Positions 29,721 to 39,113 of a DNA stretch of 64,000 nt are shown in pieces. The translations under genes were made by a program, and so were the position numbers. The DNA is from an uncultured Acidobacteriota bacterium (GTDB lineage: Bacteria; Acidobacteriota; Polarisedimenticolia; J045), in the NCBI GenBank assembly GCA_963702425.1, contig CAVPCQ010000035.1, positions 1-64,000 on the forward strand, given 5' to 3'. Numbering within the stretch: position 1 is the stretch's first letter; each line of letters begins with the position of its first letter. The notes under the pieces are model-generated. The model saw only the letters and a program-made list of their open reading frames with translations, was not told the origin of the DNA and searched no databases.

Positions 29721-30743
29721 ATGCCGCTCGTGAAAGCGATCGTGATCACCCGCCCGGGGCCGCCCGAGGCGCTGGCCTTTCGCGACCTGCCCGATCCGGC
29801 GCCGGGTCCCGGCGAACTGCTCGTCGCCGTTCGCGCGACGGCGGTCAACCGGGCCGACCTGCTGCAGCGGCGCGGCCTCTACCCCGCGCCACCGGGCTCG
29901 CCGGCCGACATCCCGGGGCTCGAGTTCGCCGGGGAGGTGCTGGGGGGCGATCCTGCCGGAACGGGCTTCCGGGCGGGCGACCGCGTGATGGGGATCCTCG
30001 GCGGCGGCGGCTACGCGGACCGGCTCGTCGTGCCGGCCGGGCAGTGCCTCCCGGTCCCGCCGTCGCTCTCCTTCGCCGAGGCGGCGGCGATCCCGGAGAC
30101 CTTCCTGACCGCCTTCGACGCGCTGGTGCTGCAGGCCGGGCTCGACGCCGGGGAAGTGCTGCTGGTGACCGCAGCCGCGTCGGGCGTCGGCACCGCGGCC
30201 GCGCAGGTGGCGCGGGAGGTCGGCGCGCTCGCGATCGGCACCTTGCGCACCGCCGCCAAGCGCGCGCGGGTCGAGCAGCTCGACCTCGGCTTCGCCGCGC
30301 TGCTCGACGCCGGGTCTGCCGATCTCGCGGCGCAGCTCGCGGCCACGTCCGGCGGGCGCGGCGTGAACGTCGTGCTCGACCTCGTCGGCGCCGCCAGTTG
30401 GCCGCTGGCGCTCGACGCGCTGGCGCCGCGCGGGCGGATCGTCGCGGTCGGCACGCTGTCCGGCGCGCGGATCCAGCTCGACCTGGCGACGCTGATGCGC
30501 CGGCGCGCGACGCTGATCGGGACCGTCCTGCGCTCGCGGCCGGCGGCCGAGAAGGCGGCGCTGACGAGCGCCTTCGCGGAGCGGATGCTGCCGGCGCTGG
30601 CGGCCGGGCGGCTGCGCCCGGTCGTCGACCGGGTGATGCCGTTGGCCGAGGCGGCCGCGGCGCACGCCCTGCTCGAGCGAAACGAGACGCTCGGGAAGGT
30701 CGTCCTGCTGGTCGGATCGCCGGGTAGCGACGCTACTCGCTGA
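29721..30743 (+). CDS. NAD(P)H-quinone oxidoreductase (PIG3/zeta-crystallin family)
   Basis: AVNRADLLQRRGLYP, PGLEFAG, AAAIPETFLTA, AASGVGTAA, GKVVL. Confidence 0.92.
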   Translation: MPLVKAIVITRPGPPEALAFRDLPDPAPGPGELLVAVRATAVNRADLLQRRGLYPAPPGSPADIPGLEFAGEVLGGDPAGTGFRAGDRVMGILGGGGYADRLVVPAGQCLPVPPSLSFAEAAAIPETFLTAFDALVLQAGLDAGEVLLVTAAASGVGTAAAQVAREVGALAIGTLRTAAKRARVEQLDLGFAALLDAGSADLAAQLAATSGGRGVNVVLDLVGAASWPLALDALAPRGRIVAVGTLSGARIQLDLATLMRRRATLIGTVLRSRPAAEKAALTSAFAERMLPALAAGRLRPVVDRVMPLAEAAAAHALLERNETLGKVVLLVGSPGSDATR

Positions 30744-31539
30744 CCGCGATGAAGAGCTGCGTCCCCGACGCGCCGGCGGCGGTGCCGCCCAGCGCCACGA
30801 CGCGCGCGATGCGCGAGCCGTCGTGGTTCCGGGCGGTGAGCATCTTCCCCGCCGCGCCGCCCGCATCACCCGACGCTCCGTAGCCGTCGGGCCCGGTGAC
30901 CTCGAAGCCCGCCGCACCGAGCTGCTCGCGATACCAGGCGAGCGCGTCGTCCGGCGTCCCGTCGACCGTCAACGCAAAGACCGCCGCCCCTTCGAACTCG
31001 GCGGGGAGTCCGGGGAACCCGGACGCCCCGACTCCCGTCCCGTAGCCGCCGGTCCCGGGGAAGACCGGCAGCCAGTCCGGGGCCGGGCCGGCGGCACCGA
31101 GGCGGGTCACCTGGCCGTCCTTCTCGACGGTCAGCCCCCCCTCGCCGGCGGCGATCTTCACGTCCCGGCCGCCGGGCCGCTTCAGCTCGAACTTCCCTTC
31201 CTTCAGCCGGGTCAGGTCGATCGTCGACTCCTCGCCGGTCTTGCGGTTGCGGACGAGGTAGCGGCCGTCGGCCTGGCGAGTGATCTCCAGCTCGGGGTTC
31301 AGGCGGGTGATCCACTCGACGGCCTTGGCGCCGGGGTCTTTGGCGACCTCCGCGGCCACCTGCGATGCCTTCCGGACCGCGAAATAGCCCGCCACGCCGA
31401 CCAGGGCGACCACGATGAACGCGATCAAGGCGAGGGCCACGACGATCTTGACCAGGACGCCACCCCGCTGGCCGCGCCAGGCTCCGAGTTCGCGCGGGGA
31501 CGGAAGCGCGCAGGGCTGCGGAAAACCTCCTTGGCTCAC
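30733..31539 (-). CDS. Membrane-anchored hypothetical protein (true start may be ~31450)
   Basis: Single hydrophobic helix followed by a soluble domain with PDWLPVFPG; GC3-rich frame. Confidence 0.65.
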   Translation of the reverse strand: MSQGGFPQPCALPSPRELGAWRGQRGGVLVKIVVALALIAFIVVALVGVAGYFAVRKASQVAAEVAKDPGAKAVEWITRLNPELEITRQADGRYLVRNRKTGEESTIDLTRLKEGKFELKRPGGRDVKIAAGEGGLTVEKDGQVTRLGAAGPAPDWLPVFPGTGGYGTGVGASGFPGLPAEFEGAAVFALTVDGTPDDALAWYREQLGAAGFEVTGPDGYGASGDAGGAAGKMLTARNHDGSRIARVVALGGTAAGASGTQLFIAVSE

Positions 31540-31616
31540 TGCTTCGTCTCCTTATGTAAGGTCCGGCTCCTGGATTAGGATCGCGCATCTTTCCGTTTCC
31601 GTCAGGAGCCCCCCTC

Positions 31617-32913
31617 ATGGCCTACAAGACGATCCAGGTTCCGGAAGGCGACAAGATCACCCTCAAGGACGGCAAGCTCACCGTGACCGACCGGCCGATT
31701 CTCCCGTTCATCGAGGGCGACGGCACCGGCCGCGACATCTGGCGGGCCTCGGTCCGCGTGCTCGACGCCGCGGTCGCCAAAGCCTACGGCGGCAAGAAGA
31801 AGATCGCCTGGATGGAAGTGCACGCCGGCGAGAAGGCCTTCAACAAGTTCAACACCTGGCTCCCCGACGAGACGGTCGACGCCTTCCGCGAGTACCTGGT
31901 CGGGATCAAGGGGCCGCTGACGACGCCGATCGGCGGCGGGATCCGCTCGCTCAACGTGGCGCTGCGGCAACTTCTCGACCTGTACGTCTGCCTGCGCCCG
32001 GTACGCTGGTTCGAGGGGGTCCCCTCGCCGGTGAAGCACCCCGAGAAGGTCAACATGGTGATCTTCCGCGAGAACACGGAGGACATCTACGCCGGGATCG
32101 AGTTCGAGTCCGGCACCCCGGAGCTGAAGAAGGTCCGGGACTTCCTCGCCCAGAGCTTCCCCGACATGTTCAAGAAGATCCGCTTCCCCGACAGCGGTGG
32201 CGATCGGCATCAAACCGGTCTCGCGCGAGGGGACCGAGCGGCTGGTCCGCGCGGCGATCCGGTACGCCCTCGAGCACAAGCGCAAGAGCGTCACCTTCGT
32301 GCACAAGGGCAACATCATGAAGTTCACCGAAGGGGCGTTCCGCAACTGGGGCTACGAGCTGGCCGAGCGCGAGTTCGGCGACCGCGTCTACACCTGGGAG
32401 CAGTGGGAGCGGACCAAGAAGGACAGGAGCGAAGAGGCGGCCAACGCCGAGCAAAAGGCCGCGCTGGGGGCCGGCCGGTTGCTGATCAAGGACGCGATCG
32501 CGGACATCACGCTGCAGCAGGTCCTGACCCGTCCCGACGAGTTCGACGTCGTCGCGACGCTGAACCTGAACGGCGACTACCTCTCCGACGCCCTGGCCGC
32601 GCAGGTCGGTGGAATCGGGATCGCGCCGGGCGGCAACATCAACTACCTCACCGGCCACGCGATCTTCGAGGCGACGCACGGCACGGCCCCCAAGTACGCC
32701 GACCTCGACCGGGTCAATCCGGGCTCGGTCGTCCTGTCGGGCGAGATGATGCTGCGCCACCTCGGCTGGGGCGAGGCGGCCGACCGGGTGATCAAGGGTC
32801 TCGACGGGGCGATCGCGGCGAAGACCGTGACCTACGACTTCGCGCGGCAGATGACCGGCGCGAAGGAGATCAAGTGCTCGGAGTTCGGTGACGCGGTGAT
32901 CGCGCACATGTGA
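31617..32913 (+). CDS. icd: NADP-dependent isocitrate dehydrogenase (frameshift near 32195)
   Basis: [61 protein letters not shown]. Confidence 0.95.
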
Positions 32914-32920
32914 ATCCCGC

Positions 32921-32949
32921 GGCGGGGCCGGCCGACCCGCCGGCCCCGC
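32921..32949. terminator. GC-rich hairpin between convergent genes
   Basis: GCGGGGCCGGC/GCCGGCCCCGC stem right after the icd stop; no U-tract. Confidence 0.5.
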
Positions 32950-32957
32950 GACCTGCC

Positions 32958-33686
32958 TCAGACTTCGTTCGACTGCTTGTTCCGGACGAGGTAGTAGCGG
33001 GTCGTGCCGGCCGGGGGAGCCACGGCGTCGTTGTAGGTCGTTCCAGCCGAGCCGCCGATCGGGTCGGTCGTCGTGCGGCCGGTGTTGAAGGTCCGGTCGT
33101 TGGCCGCGATCTCCACCTTGAACGTCCCGTCGCCGCCGGTCCACGACAGGTTCGCCACGCTGACGTTGCGGGTCACGGTGAGCACGATCAGCCGCGACAC
33201 CTTGAGCGTCCCCGACATCCCGGGAAGACCGTTGTGCTGCGGGTTGTCGTGCTGGCGGCAGTAGAAGCCCCACTGCGAGTCGGCCGGGAAGGCGCTCGCC
33301 GCGTAGCTGCAGGTGGCGTCGACGTTCGCGCTGGGGGGGGCCGAGATGTTGCCGGTGTCCCACTTGCAGGCCGGCGGCGCCGGGTTCGCGCAGGAGTTGA
33401 CCCCGTCGTCGGGACAGGTGTCGGACGCGCCGCTGTGCACGCCGCCGGTGGCGTCCCAGAAGATGCAGTCTCCGGGCTCGATGACGGGCCGCGTCGGGGT
33501 GAAGCTGAAGCTGGCGACGGTGATCTTGAGCGTGCGCGGCGCAGCGAGCTTCTGGCACGCCGCGGGCGGCGTGGCCGCGCCGGCGCAGTTGGACGTGCGG
33601 CACGTGGTCTGGGCGCGCGCGGGCGGAGCGACGAGAACGAGAGCCGCGAGCAAGGCGGCGAGGGTGAGCGGGAGCGGATGGCGCAT
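32958..33686 (-). CDS. Secreted cupredoxin (type-1 copper) domain protein with C-terminal FN3-like domain
   Basis: Signal peptide; FSFTPTRPVIEPGD.IFW, VHSG, FYCRQH...PGMSGTLKV (His, Cys, His, Met ligands); many additional Cys. Confidence 0.78.
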   Translation of the reverse strand: MRHPLPLTLAALLAALVLVAPPARAQTTCRTSNCAGAATPPAACQKLAAPRTLKITVASFSFTPTRPVIEPGDCIFWDATGGVHSGASDTCPDDGVNSCANPAPPACKWDTGNISAPPSANVDATCSYAASAFPADSQWGFYCRQHDNPQHNGLPGMSGTLKVSRLIVLTVTRNVSVANLSWTGGDGTFKVEIAANDRTFNTGRTTTDPIGGSAGTTYNDAVAPPAGTTRYYLVRNKQSNEV

Positions 33687-33704
33687 CGCAAGTCCTCCTG
33701 TTGC

Positions 33705-33730
33705 GGGCCGGCACGGAGGCCGACCCCTAC
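33705..33730. repeat. GTAG-type REP palindrome
   Basis: GGGCCGGCACGGAGGCCGACCCCTAC. Confidence 0.85.
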
Positions 33731-35093
33731 GGATGTGGGGGAGAGGAGCCGGGTCCGCTTGCCGGCAGGGAGGCCGGCTCGGGGACCGGAGGAGAGGCCG
33801 GTCGTGGGGTACGGCGGCGGAAGGCGGAGCGGTCGAAGGTTCTCACGATGTTGAAGCCCAGCCGGAACTCCCCCTCGCCCCAGTCGAGTTCGCCGCCCGG
33901 CGCGTAGAGGCTGGTGTGGGTCCCGTTCGTGTTGGTGAGCACCAGCCGGAAGACGTGGCGCGCGGTGAAGATCGAGAAGGCGATCGACCCCGACTGGTAG
34001 GGCGCGTCGACGCCCGCCAACTGGCCGATCCACTCGCCGGTCAGCGCGAGGTAGGAGTTGAGCCACAGCTCGCCGCCCAGACCCAGCGCGACGGTGCCGT
34101 CGGTGTCGGCGGGATCGAACGGATCGGTGCGGGTTGCGATCATCGGGACCGCCAGCAGCGAGAGTCGCTCGCCGAAGCGCCGGGCCAGCGGCAGCGAGAG
34201 CGAGACGCGGTTCCGGTTGGCCGCGTTGCGGTCCTGCAGGTACTCGTAGCCCAGGACCGCAGAGAACGACAGCGGCGCGCCGCCGGGCCGTTGCCGGGCC
34301 AGGGCGTACTTGCCGTACGCCTCCCAGTCCTTGAAGAGGTTCGTGCGCCGCAGCCCGAGATCGACGCGCTCGCCCAGCCCGGCCGCGACGCCGAACGAGA
34401 TCCACGCGCCGCCGTCGAGCCCGCCCAGGTTGTACCAGCCGGCCTCCTTCACCGACTCCTTGAAGCGGTGCAGGAAGCGCATCTCGAGACCCGACGCGCC
34501 GAGCGTCTCGGTCGTCGGGAGGTTGATCAGGTGGGTGTCCTGGAAGATCGGGACCGGGCGCTCGTCGCGCGGCGCCGGCGGGATGGCGGCCTGCTCGGCG
34601 ATCGGCGGCACCGGCTCGGGGTCGCCCCACACGGCCGGATCGAACGATCCGATCCAGTCGCGCAGCACGGCCTCCTCGTCCGCGCCGAGCGGCGGCGCGT
34701 GCATCGGCATCCGCGGGCCGCGGGTGCGCCCTTCGGCCAGCGGCAGCGTCTTGAGGAAGAGCGCGCTGCGCTCGGGGTGGCCGGGATCGACGAGGAGGAG
34801 TCCGGGCTGGGTCCGGGAGGGGACGTTGACCGTGGACCGGGACAGCCTTCGAGGGGAAAGATCGAGCCCGGCCTCGGGCTCCTCCTCGCCATGGCAGTTG
34901 GTGCAGCGCGCGGCGACCAGGCGCTGCGCGGCGGCGTAGGCCGCGGCTTCGGTGGTAGCCGCGGCGGGTGAACGTCGAGCCTGGCGAGCGCCGCCAGGAC
35001 GGCCAGCGCGGCCAGCCCGGAACGGGCCGCGGCGCGGGCCCGCGGCCGTTCCGGCGCCGCGCGCGGCGCGTCAGTTGTTCGGCGCGCCGTCAT
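33727..35093 (-). CDS. Monoheme cytochrome c domain fused to a DUF5777-type outer-membrane beta-barrel (frameshift near 34975 after the signal peptide)
   Basis: The frame is open upstream of the listed ORF: ARCTNCHG...LDL...VDPGHPERS...RMP...LRDWI, then FQDTHLINLPT...HRF...GLDG...HVFRLVLTN...GFNIVRTF. Confidence 0.8.
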
Positions 35094-35556
35094 CGATCCA
35101 CTCGCGGATCACGTCGATCTCTTCGACCGAGAGCGCGCCGCCGACCGGCATCCGGTCGCCGACGATGCCGCGGCCGGTGATCTTGTGGACCAGGTAGGAG
35201 CTGCGGCTGGCACCGGGCTCGATCCGGAACAGCGGCGGCAGCTCGCGGCTCGGCACGCCGACCGCACCGAGCGCGGGATCGTAGAGCCGGCCCGGCTCCA
35301 GCGAGAGATTCATCTCCGGGCTCGCGCCGCCGTGACAGGGGACGCAGTTGAGGTTGAAGATCGGCTGGACCTGGCGGCTCAGGCTGATCGTGCCGCCGGA
35401 GGGGTCGAGCGGGTCCGGGAAGATGCGCGGGTCGGCGTTTCGACACCCGGCACCCGCGAGCAGCGTTGCGAGCGCAACCAGCGACGGGAGCGGCCGTCGT
35501 TGCGTGCTGCCGGCGAAACCCCTGTGCGCTGCGGGCACCCGTTCCCCTCCCCTCAC
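35071..35556 (-). CDS. Lipoprotein monoheme cytochrome c (planctomycete-type)
   Basis: Lipobox LLAGAGC; VQPIFNLNCVPCHG, IEPGASRSSYL, RMP, IREWIDDGA. Confidence 0.85.
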   Translation of the reverse strand: MRGGERVPAAHRGFAGSTQRRPLPSLVALATLLAGAGCRNADPRIFPDPLDPSGGTISLSRQVQPIFNLNCVPCHGGASPEMNLSLEPGRLYDPALGAVGVPSRELPPLFRIEPGASRSSYLVHKITGRGIVGDRMPVGGALSVEEIDVIREWIDDGAPNN

Positions 35557-35623
35557 GACTGGAGAGCGAGGATGCGGGGCCCGCGGACCCGGCGTCTGTG
35601 ACCTGGGTCCGCTGACTTAGGAG

Positions 35624-36067
35624 TCAGTCCGTAATCGCGCGCAGCAGCAGGTCGAGTGCTTCACGGTAGCCCTCGGCCCCCTTCCCGTCGACCGCCGCGA
35701 CGCAGGCCGGCCGCACGACGCTGACTTGCCGCCAGGCCTCGCGCTCGGCGAGACGCGAGAGGTGGACCTCGACCACCGGCTTGCCGAAGTCGAGCAGCGC
35801 GTCGAGCAGCGCGTAGCTGGTGTGGGTGAAGGCGCCGAGATTGACGAGCGCCCCGTCGACCGTGCCGGCGTGATACTGCAGCGCGTCGATCAGCGCCCCC
35901 TCGTGGTTCGACTGGACGAAGACCGTGCGCGCCCCGCGCTCGGCGGCCCAGGTCGCGACGCGCGCCTCGAGCTGGGGCAGCGTGAGCGTGCCGTAGTGCG
36001 CCGGGTCGCGCCGCCCGAGACGGTTCAGGTTCGGGCCGTGCAGGACGAGCAGCGTCCGCGGGATCAC
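35624..36067 (-). CDS. aroQ: Type II 3-dehydroquinate dehydratase
   Basis: LHGPNLNRLG.R.P..YG, QSNHEG, HTSYAL.DA, EVHLS. Confidence 0.95.
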   Translation of the reverse strand: MIPRTLLVLHGPNLNRLGRRDPAHYGTLTLPQLEARVATWAAERGARTVFVQSNHEGALIDALQYHAGTVDGALVNLGAFTHTSYALLDALLDFGKPVVEVHLSRLAEREAWRQVSVVRPACVAAVDGKGAEGYREALDLLLRAITD

Positions 36068-37695
36068 GCGAGTTCCTCCGCCAGGAGGGCGCCCACCGTC
36101 GCCGACGGCACCGCCGCGATCATGACCTCGCCCGCGCGCACCGGCAGCACCCACGGCTGCTCGCCGCCGGCCCGCTTCTTGTCGTGCGCCAGCGCCTCGG
36201 CGAGCGCCTCGCGCTCCGCCGCGGCGAGCGCCGGAAGCGCGGAGGGCAGCCCGAGGGCATGAAACAGGGCCGGGACGCGGTCGAGCAGGGGGCGCTCCTT
36301 CAGGATGCCGGCGCGATCCGCCAGCTCGAGCGCGAAGACCGTGCCGATCGCCACCGCCTCGCCGTGTCCCAGCGGCGCCGGGCGGGCCCGGGTCGCGGTC
36401 TCCAGCGCGTGGCCGAGCGTGTGACCGAGGTTGAGCTTGCGGCGCTCGTCCTTTTCCTCGAGATCGCGCTCGACGATCGTCAGCTTGACGCGCGCAGCGC
36501 GGCTCGCGACCTCCTCGAGTTGCGGCAGCGGCCAGCCCGCCTCGCGCGCCGCCCCCTCCTCGATCGCCTCGAGCAGCGCGGCATCGCCGATCAGCGCGCT
36601 CTTGACCGCCTCGGCCATCCCGGCGGCGATCTCCGCCGGGGGCAGCGTGAGCAGGAACAGCGGGTCGAGGTGCACGCGGTCCGGCAGGCGCACGGTGCCG
36701 ACCGCGTTCTTCGCTCCCGCGAGGTTGATCCCGTTCTTCCCGCCCAGTGCGGCGTCGAGCTGCGCCAACAGCGTCGTCGGCAGGAGCGCCAGCGGCACGC
36801 CGCGCTTGAAGGTGTCGGCGGCGAGGCCGGCCAGGTCGGTGATCGTCCCGCCGCCCGCCGCCCAGAGCGGCATGTCCTTGTCGAGACCGGCCTCGAGCAG
36901 CGCGCTCCAGACGCGCGCGAGCGTCTCCGGCGACTTGGCCGGTTCGCCGCCGGGGATCTCGAGCCAGGCCAGCCCGCCCGGTGCGTGGGACGCGAGCGGC
37001 CCGCGCAGCGCATCCCTGTGGCAGGCCGGGAGGTGCGCGTCCCAGAGCATCGCGGCGCGCAGGACCGGCGGAAACGGCAGGGCTCCACGGCCGACCGTGA
37101 CCCCGCGCGCCGATGGCAGCTCGGGCGCCAGGGGCCGTGCGCGGTCGGCCCACGGCCCGGCGTCGTCGGCATAGAGCGCGCGCAGCACGCTCACCGCGAC
37201 GTCGCGCGGCCCGCTGCCGCCGGTGTCGAGACGGACGTCGGCGCGGGCATACCCCGCCGCGCGCTCGCGCCGCAGGTCCTCGAGCCGCGCCACGCGATCG
37301 GCCGCGCTCGCCAACAGCGGCCGTGCGGCCACCTCGTGTGCGGCGAGGCGCGAGGCGAGGTCCTGCGCCGGCGCGTCGAGGTGGACGATTGCCGCGCGCC
37401 GCGCCAGCGCCTCGGCCAGCGCGGCGTTCTCGAGCGTGCCGCCGCCGACCGCGAGCACCTCCGGCCAGGCGTCGGGCGGGCGGGCCAGCCAGAGCCGGGC
37501 CGCGCGCTCCTCGGCTGCACGGAAGACCGGCTCGCCGGCGGCGAAGAGGGCCGCGATCGAGCGCTGCTCGAGGATCTCGATCCGCGCGTCGAGGTCGACG
37601 AAGGCGCGCTCGAGCATCGCGGCCACGAGCCGGCCGACGGTCGTCTTCCCCGAGCCCATCGGGCCGGCCAGGACGAGATCGCGGCGCGCGCTCAC
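36064..37695 (-). CDS. Bifunctional shikimate kinase / 3-dehydroquinate synthase (AroK-AroB fusion)
   Basis: GPMGSGKTT Walker A, then GGGTITD, PTTLLAQLDAALGGKNG, LNLGHTLGHALE, HGEAVAIG. Confidence 0.92.
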   Translation of the reverse strand: MSARRDLVLAGPMGSGKTTVGRLVAAMLERAFVDLDARIEILEQRSIAALFAAGEPVFRAAEERAARLWLARPPDAWPEVLAVGGGTLENAALAEALARRAAIVHLDAPAQDLASRLAAHEVAARPLLASAADRVARLEDLRRERAAGYARADVRLDTGGSGPRDVAVSVLRALYADDAGPWADRARPLAPELPSARGVTVGRGALPFPPVLRAAMLWDAHLPACHRDALRGPLASHAPGGLAWLEIPGGEPAKSPETLARVWSALLEAGLDKDMPLWAAGGGTITDLAGLAADTFKRGVPLALLPTTLLAQLDAALGGKNGINLAGAKNAVGTVRLPDRVHLDPLFLLTLPPAEIAAGMAEAVKSALIGDAALLEAIEEGAAREAGWPLPQLEEVASRAARVKLTIVERDLEEKDERRKLNLGHTLGHALETATRARPAPLGHGEAVAIGTVFALELADRAGILKERPLLDRVPALFHALGLPSALPALAAAEREALAEALAHDKKRAGGEQPWVLPVRAGEVMIAAVPSATVGALLAEELA

Positions 37696-38894
37696 CGCTC
37701 GCGGTCCTTCGGCCAGCGCGGCAGCCGGCCGCGGTATGCGGCGAGCGCGGCGAGCAGGTCGGACAGCGCGTCGCCGCCGAACTTCTCCAGCAGCGCGTCG
37801 GCCAGCACGATCCCGGCGACCGCCTCGGCGATCACCGTCGCCGCCGGGACGACGGTGACGTCGCTGCGGATGTAGCGTCCCTCCACCGCGCGGCCGGTGT
37901 CGAGGTCGACCGACGGCAACGGGCGCTTGAGCGTGGAGATCGGCTTGAGCGTCAGCCGCACGACCAGCGGCTGGCCGTTCGTGACGCCGCCTTCCAGACC
38001 GCCGGCCCGGTTGCTCTCGCGGCCGAGCCTGGCCCCGGCGCGGGCGATGACGTCGTGCGCGTCGTGCCCGATCGACCGGCCGGCAGCGAGCGCGTCGCCC
38101 AGCTCGACTTCCTTGACGGAGGGGATCGCAGCCAGCGCCGCGGCCAGCCGCGCGTCGAGTCGCCGGTCGTGCTGGACGTAGCTGCCGAGGCCGGGCGGCA
38201 GGCCCCACACGATCAGCTCGACCCGGCCGCCGAGCGTCTCGCCCTGCGCCAGGGCCTCGTCGATGAGGGCCACCATCGCCTTCGACGCGACCGGGTCGGC
38301 GGAAGCGACCGGCGACGCGTCGCGCGCCTTCTCCAGCCGGTCGGCGGCTGCGGCGGCGGGTGCCGCACTCGTGCCGGCGCCGTCGTTCGCCCCGTCCTCC
38401 GTTCGGCCCGGATGAGGCGCCGCAGGGATCCCGCCCAGCTCGATCACGTGCCCGGCGAGCCGCGCGCCGGTCAGCTCGAGCAGCCGGCAGGCCGCCGCGC
38501 CGAGCGCGACGCGCATCGCGGTCTCGCGCGCCGAGGCGCGCTCGATCACCGGGTTGGCGTCGGCGAAGCCGTACTTGAGCATCCCGGCGAGGTCGGCGTG
38601 GCCGGGACGCGGGACGGTCTTGCGCACCGTCGTGCGGCCCTGCCGGTTCGAGCGGTTCTCGATCAGCACGGCCAGCGGCGCGCCGGTCGTCTCGCCCTTC
38701 CAGACCCCGCCGACGAGCTGCGGGCGGTCGGCCTCGAAGGTCATCCGCTTGCCGCGGCCGTAACCGCCCATCCGGCGCTTCATCCGCGGCGCGAGGTCGC
38801 GCTCGGCGAGCGGGATCCCGGCCGGCAGCCCGTCCAGAATCCCGACCAGCACCGGGCCGTGCGATTCCCCGGCGGTGAGGTACCGAAGCGCCAT
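37692..38894 (-). CDS. aroC: Chorismate synthase
   Basis: LRYLTAGESHG, PRPGHADL, ERASARETA, SNRAGGLEGG, KPISTL, RSDV. Confidence 0.97.
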   Translation of the reverse strand: MALRYLTAGESHGPVLVGILDGLPAGIPLAERDLAPRMKRRMGGYGRGKRMTFEADRPQLVGGVWKGETTGAPLAVLIENRSNRQGRTTVRKTVPRPGHADLAGMLKYGFADANPVIERASARETAMRVALGAAACRLLELTGARLAGHVIELGGIPAAPHPGRTEDGANDGAGTSAAPAAAAADRLEKARDASPVASADPVASKAMVALIDEALAQGETLGGRVELIVWGLPPGLGSYVQHDRRLDARLAAALAAIPSVKEVELGDALAAGRSIGHDAHDVIARAGARLGRESNRAGGLEGGVTNGQPLVVRLTLKPISTLKRPLPSVDLDTGRAVEGRYIRSDVTVVPAATVIAEAVAGIVLADALLEKFGGDALSDLLAALAAYRGRLPRWPKDRER

Positions 38895-39006
38895 CCATCC
38901 TCCGTCCCGGGAGAATCCCCCATGAAAACCCGCACCAAGACCGACAGCATGGGTCCCGTTGAGGCCCCGCCGGCCGCTACTGGGGCGCGCAGACCGAGCG
39001 CTCGCG
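38817..39006. repeat. Left copy of an ~190-bp degenerate direct repeat (aroC head, spacer, fumC head)
   Basis: Aligns by eye with 47091-47281. Confidence 0.9.
38922..39006 (+). pseudogene. 5' remnant of fumC
   Basis: MKTRTKTDSMGPVEAP, then a frameshift into [10 protein letters not shown], then homology stops. Confidence 0.85.
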
Positions 39007-39113
39007 CCGCTGAGTCGGTGCCGTGAGGCAACCGCGTTGTCGTGACGGATCACCAGGAAATCGCGGCCGGACGGGGTCGTGGCAAGGCCCAACGGGTAAC
39101 TTCAGCTCAGTCC

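Noticed and set aside
19085-32913. lpdA and icd as pseudogenes or programmed frameshifts
   Set aside because: Both halves of each gene are fully conserved, no slippery site is evident, and similar indels occur throughout the window.
35071-35073. TGA of the cytochrome lipoprotein is in frame with the downstream heme-barrel ORF (readthrough or Sec?)
   Set aside because: The intervening in-frame peptide is junk-like while another frame encodes a convincing signal peptide, so an indel near 34975 explains it better.
36064-37695. AroK-AroB fusion as a novelty
   Set aside because: This bifunctional fusion is known in several bacterial groups.
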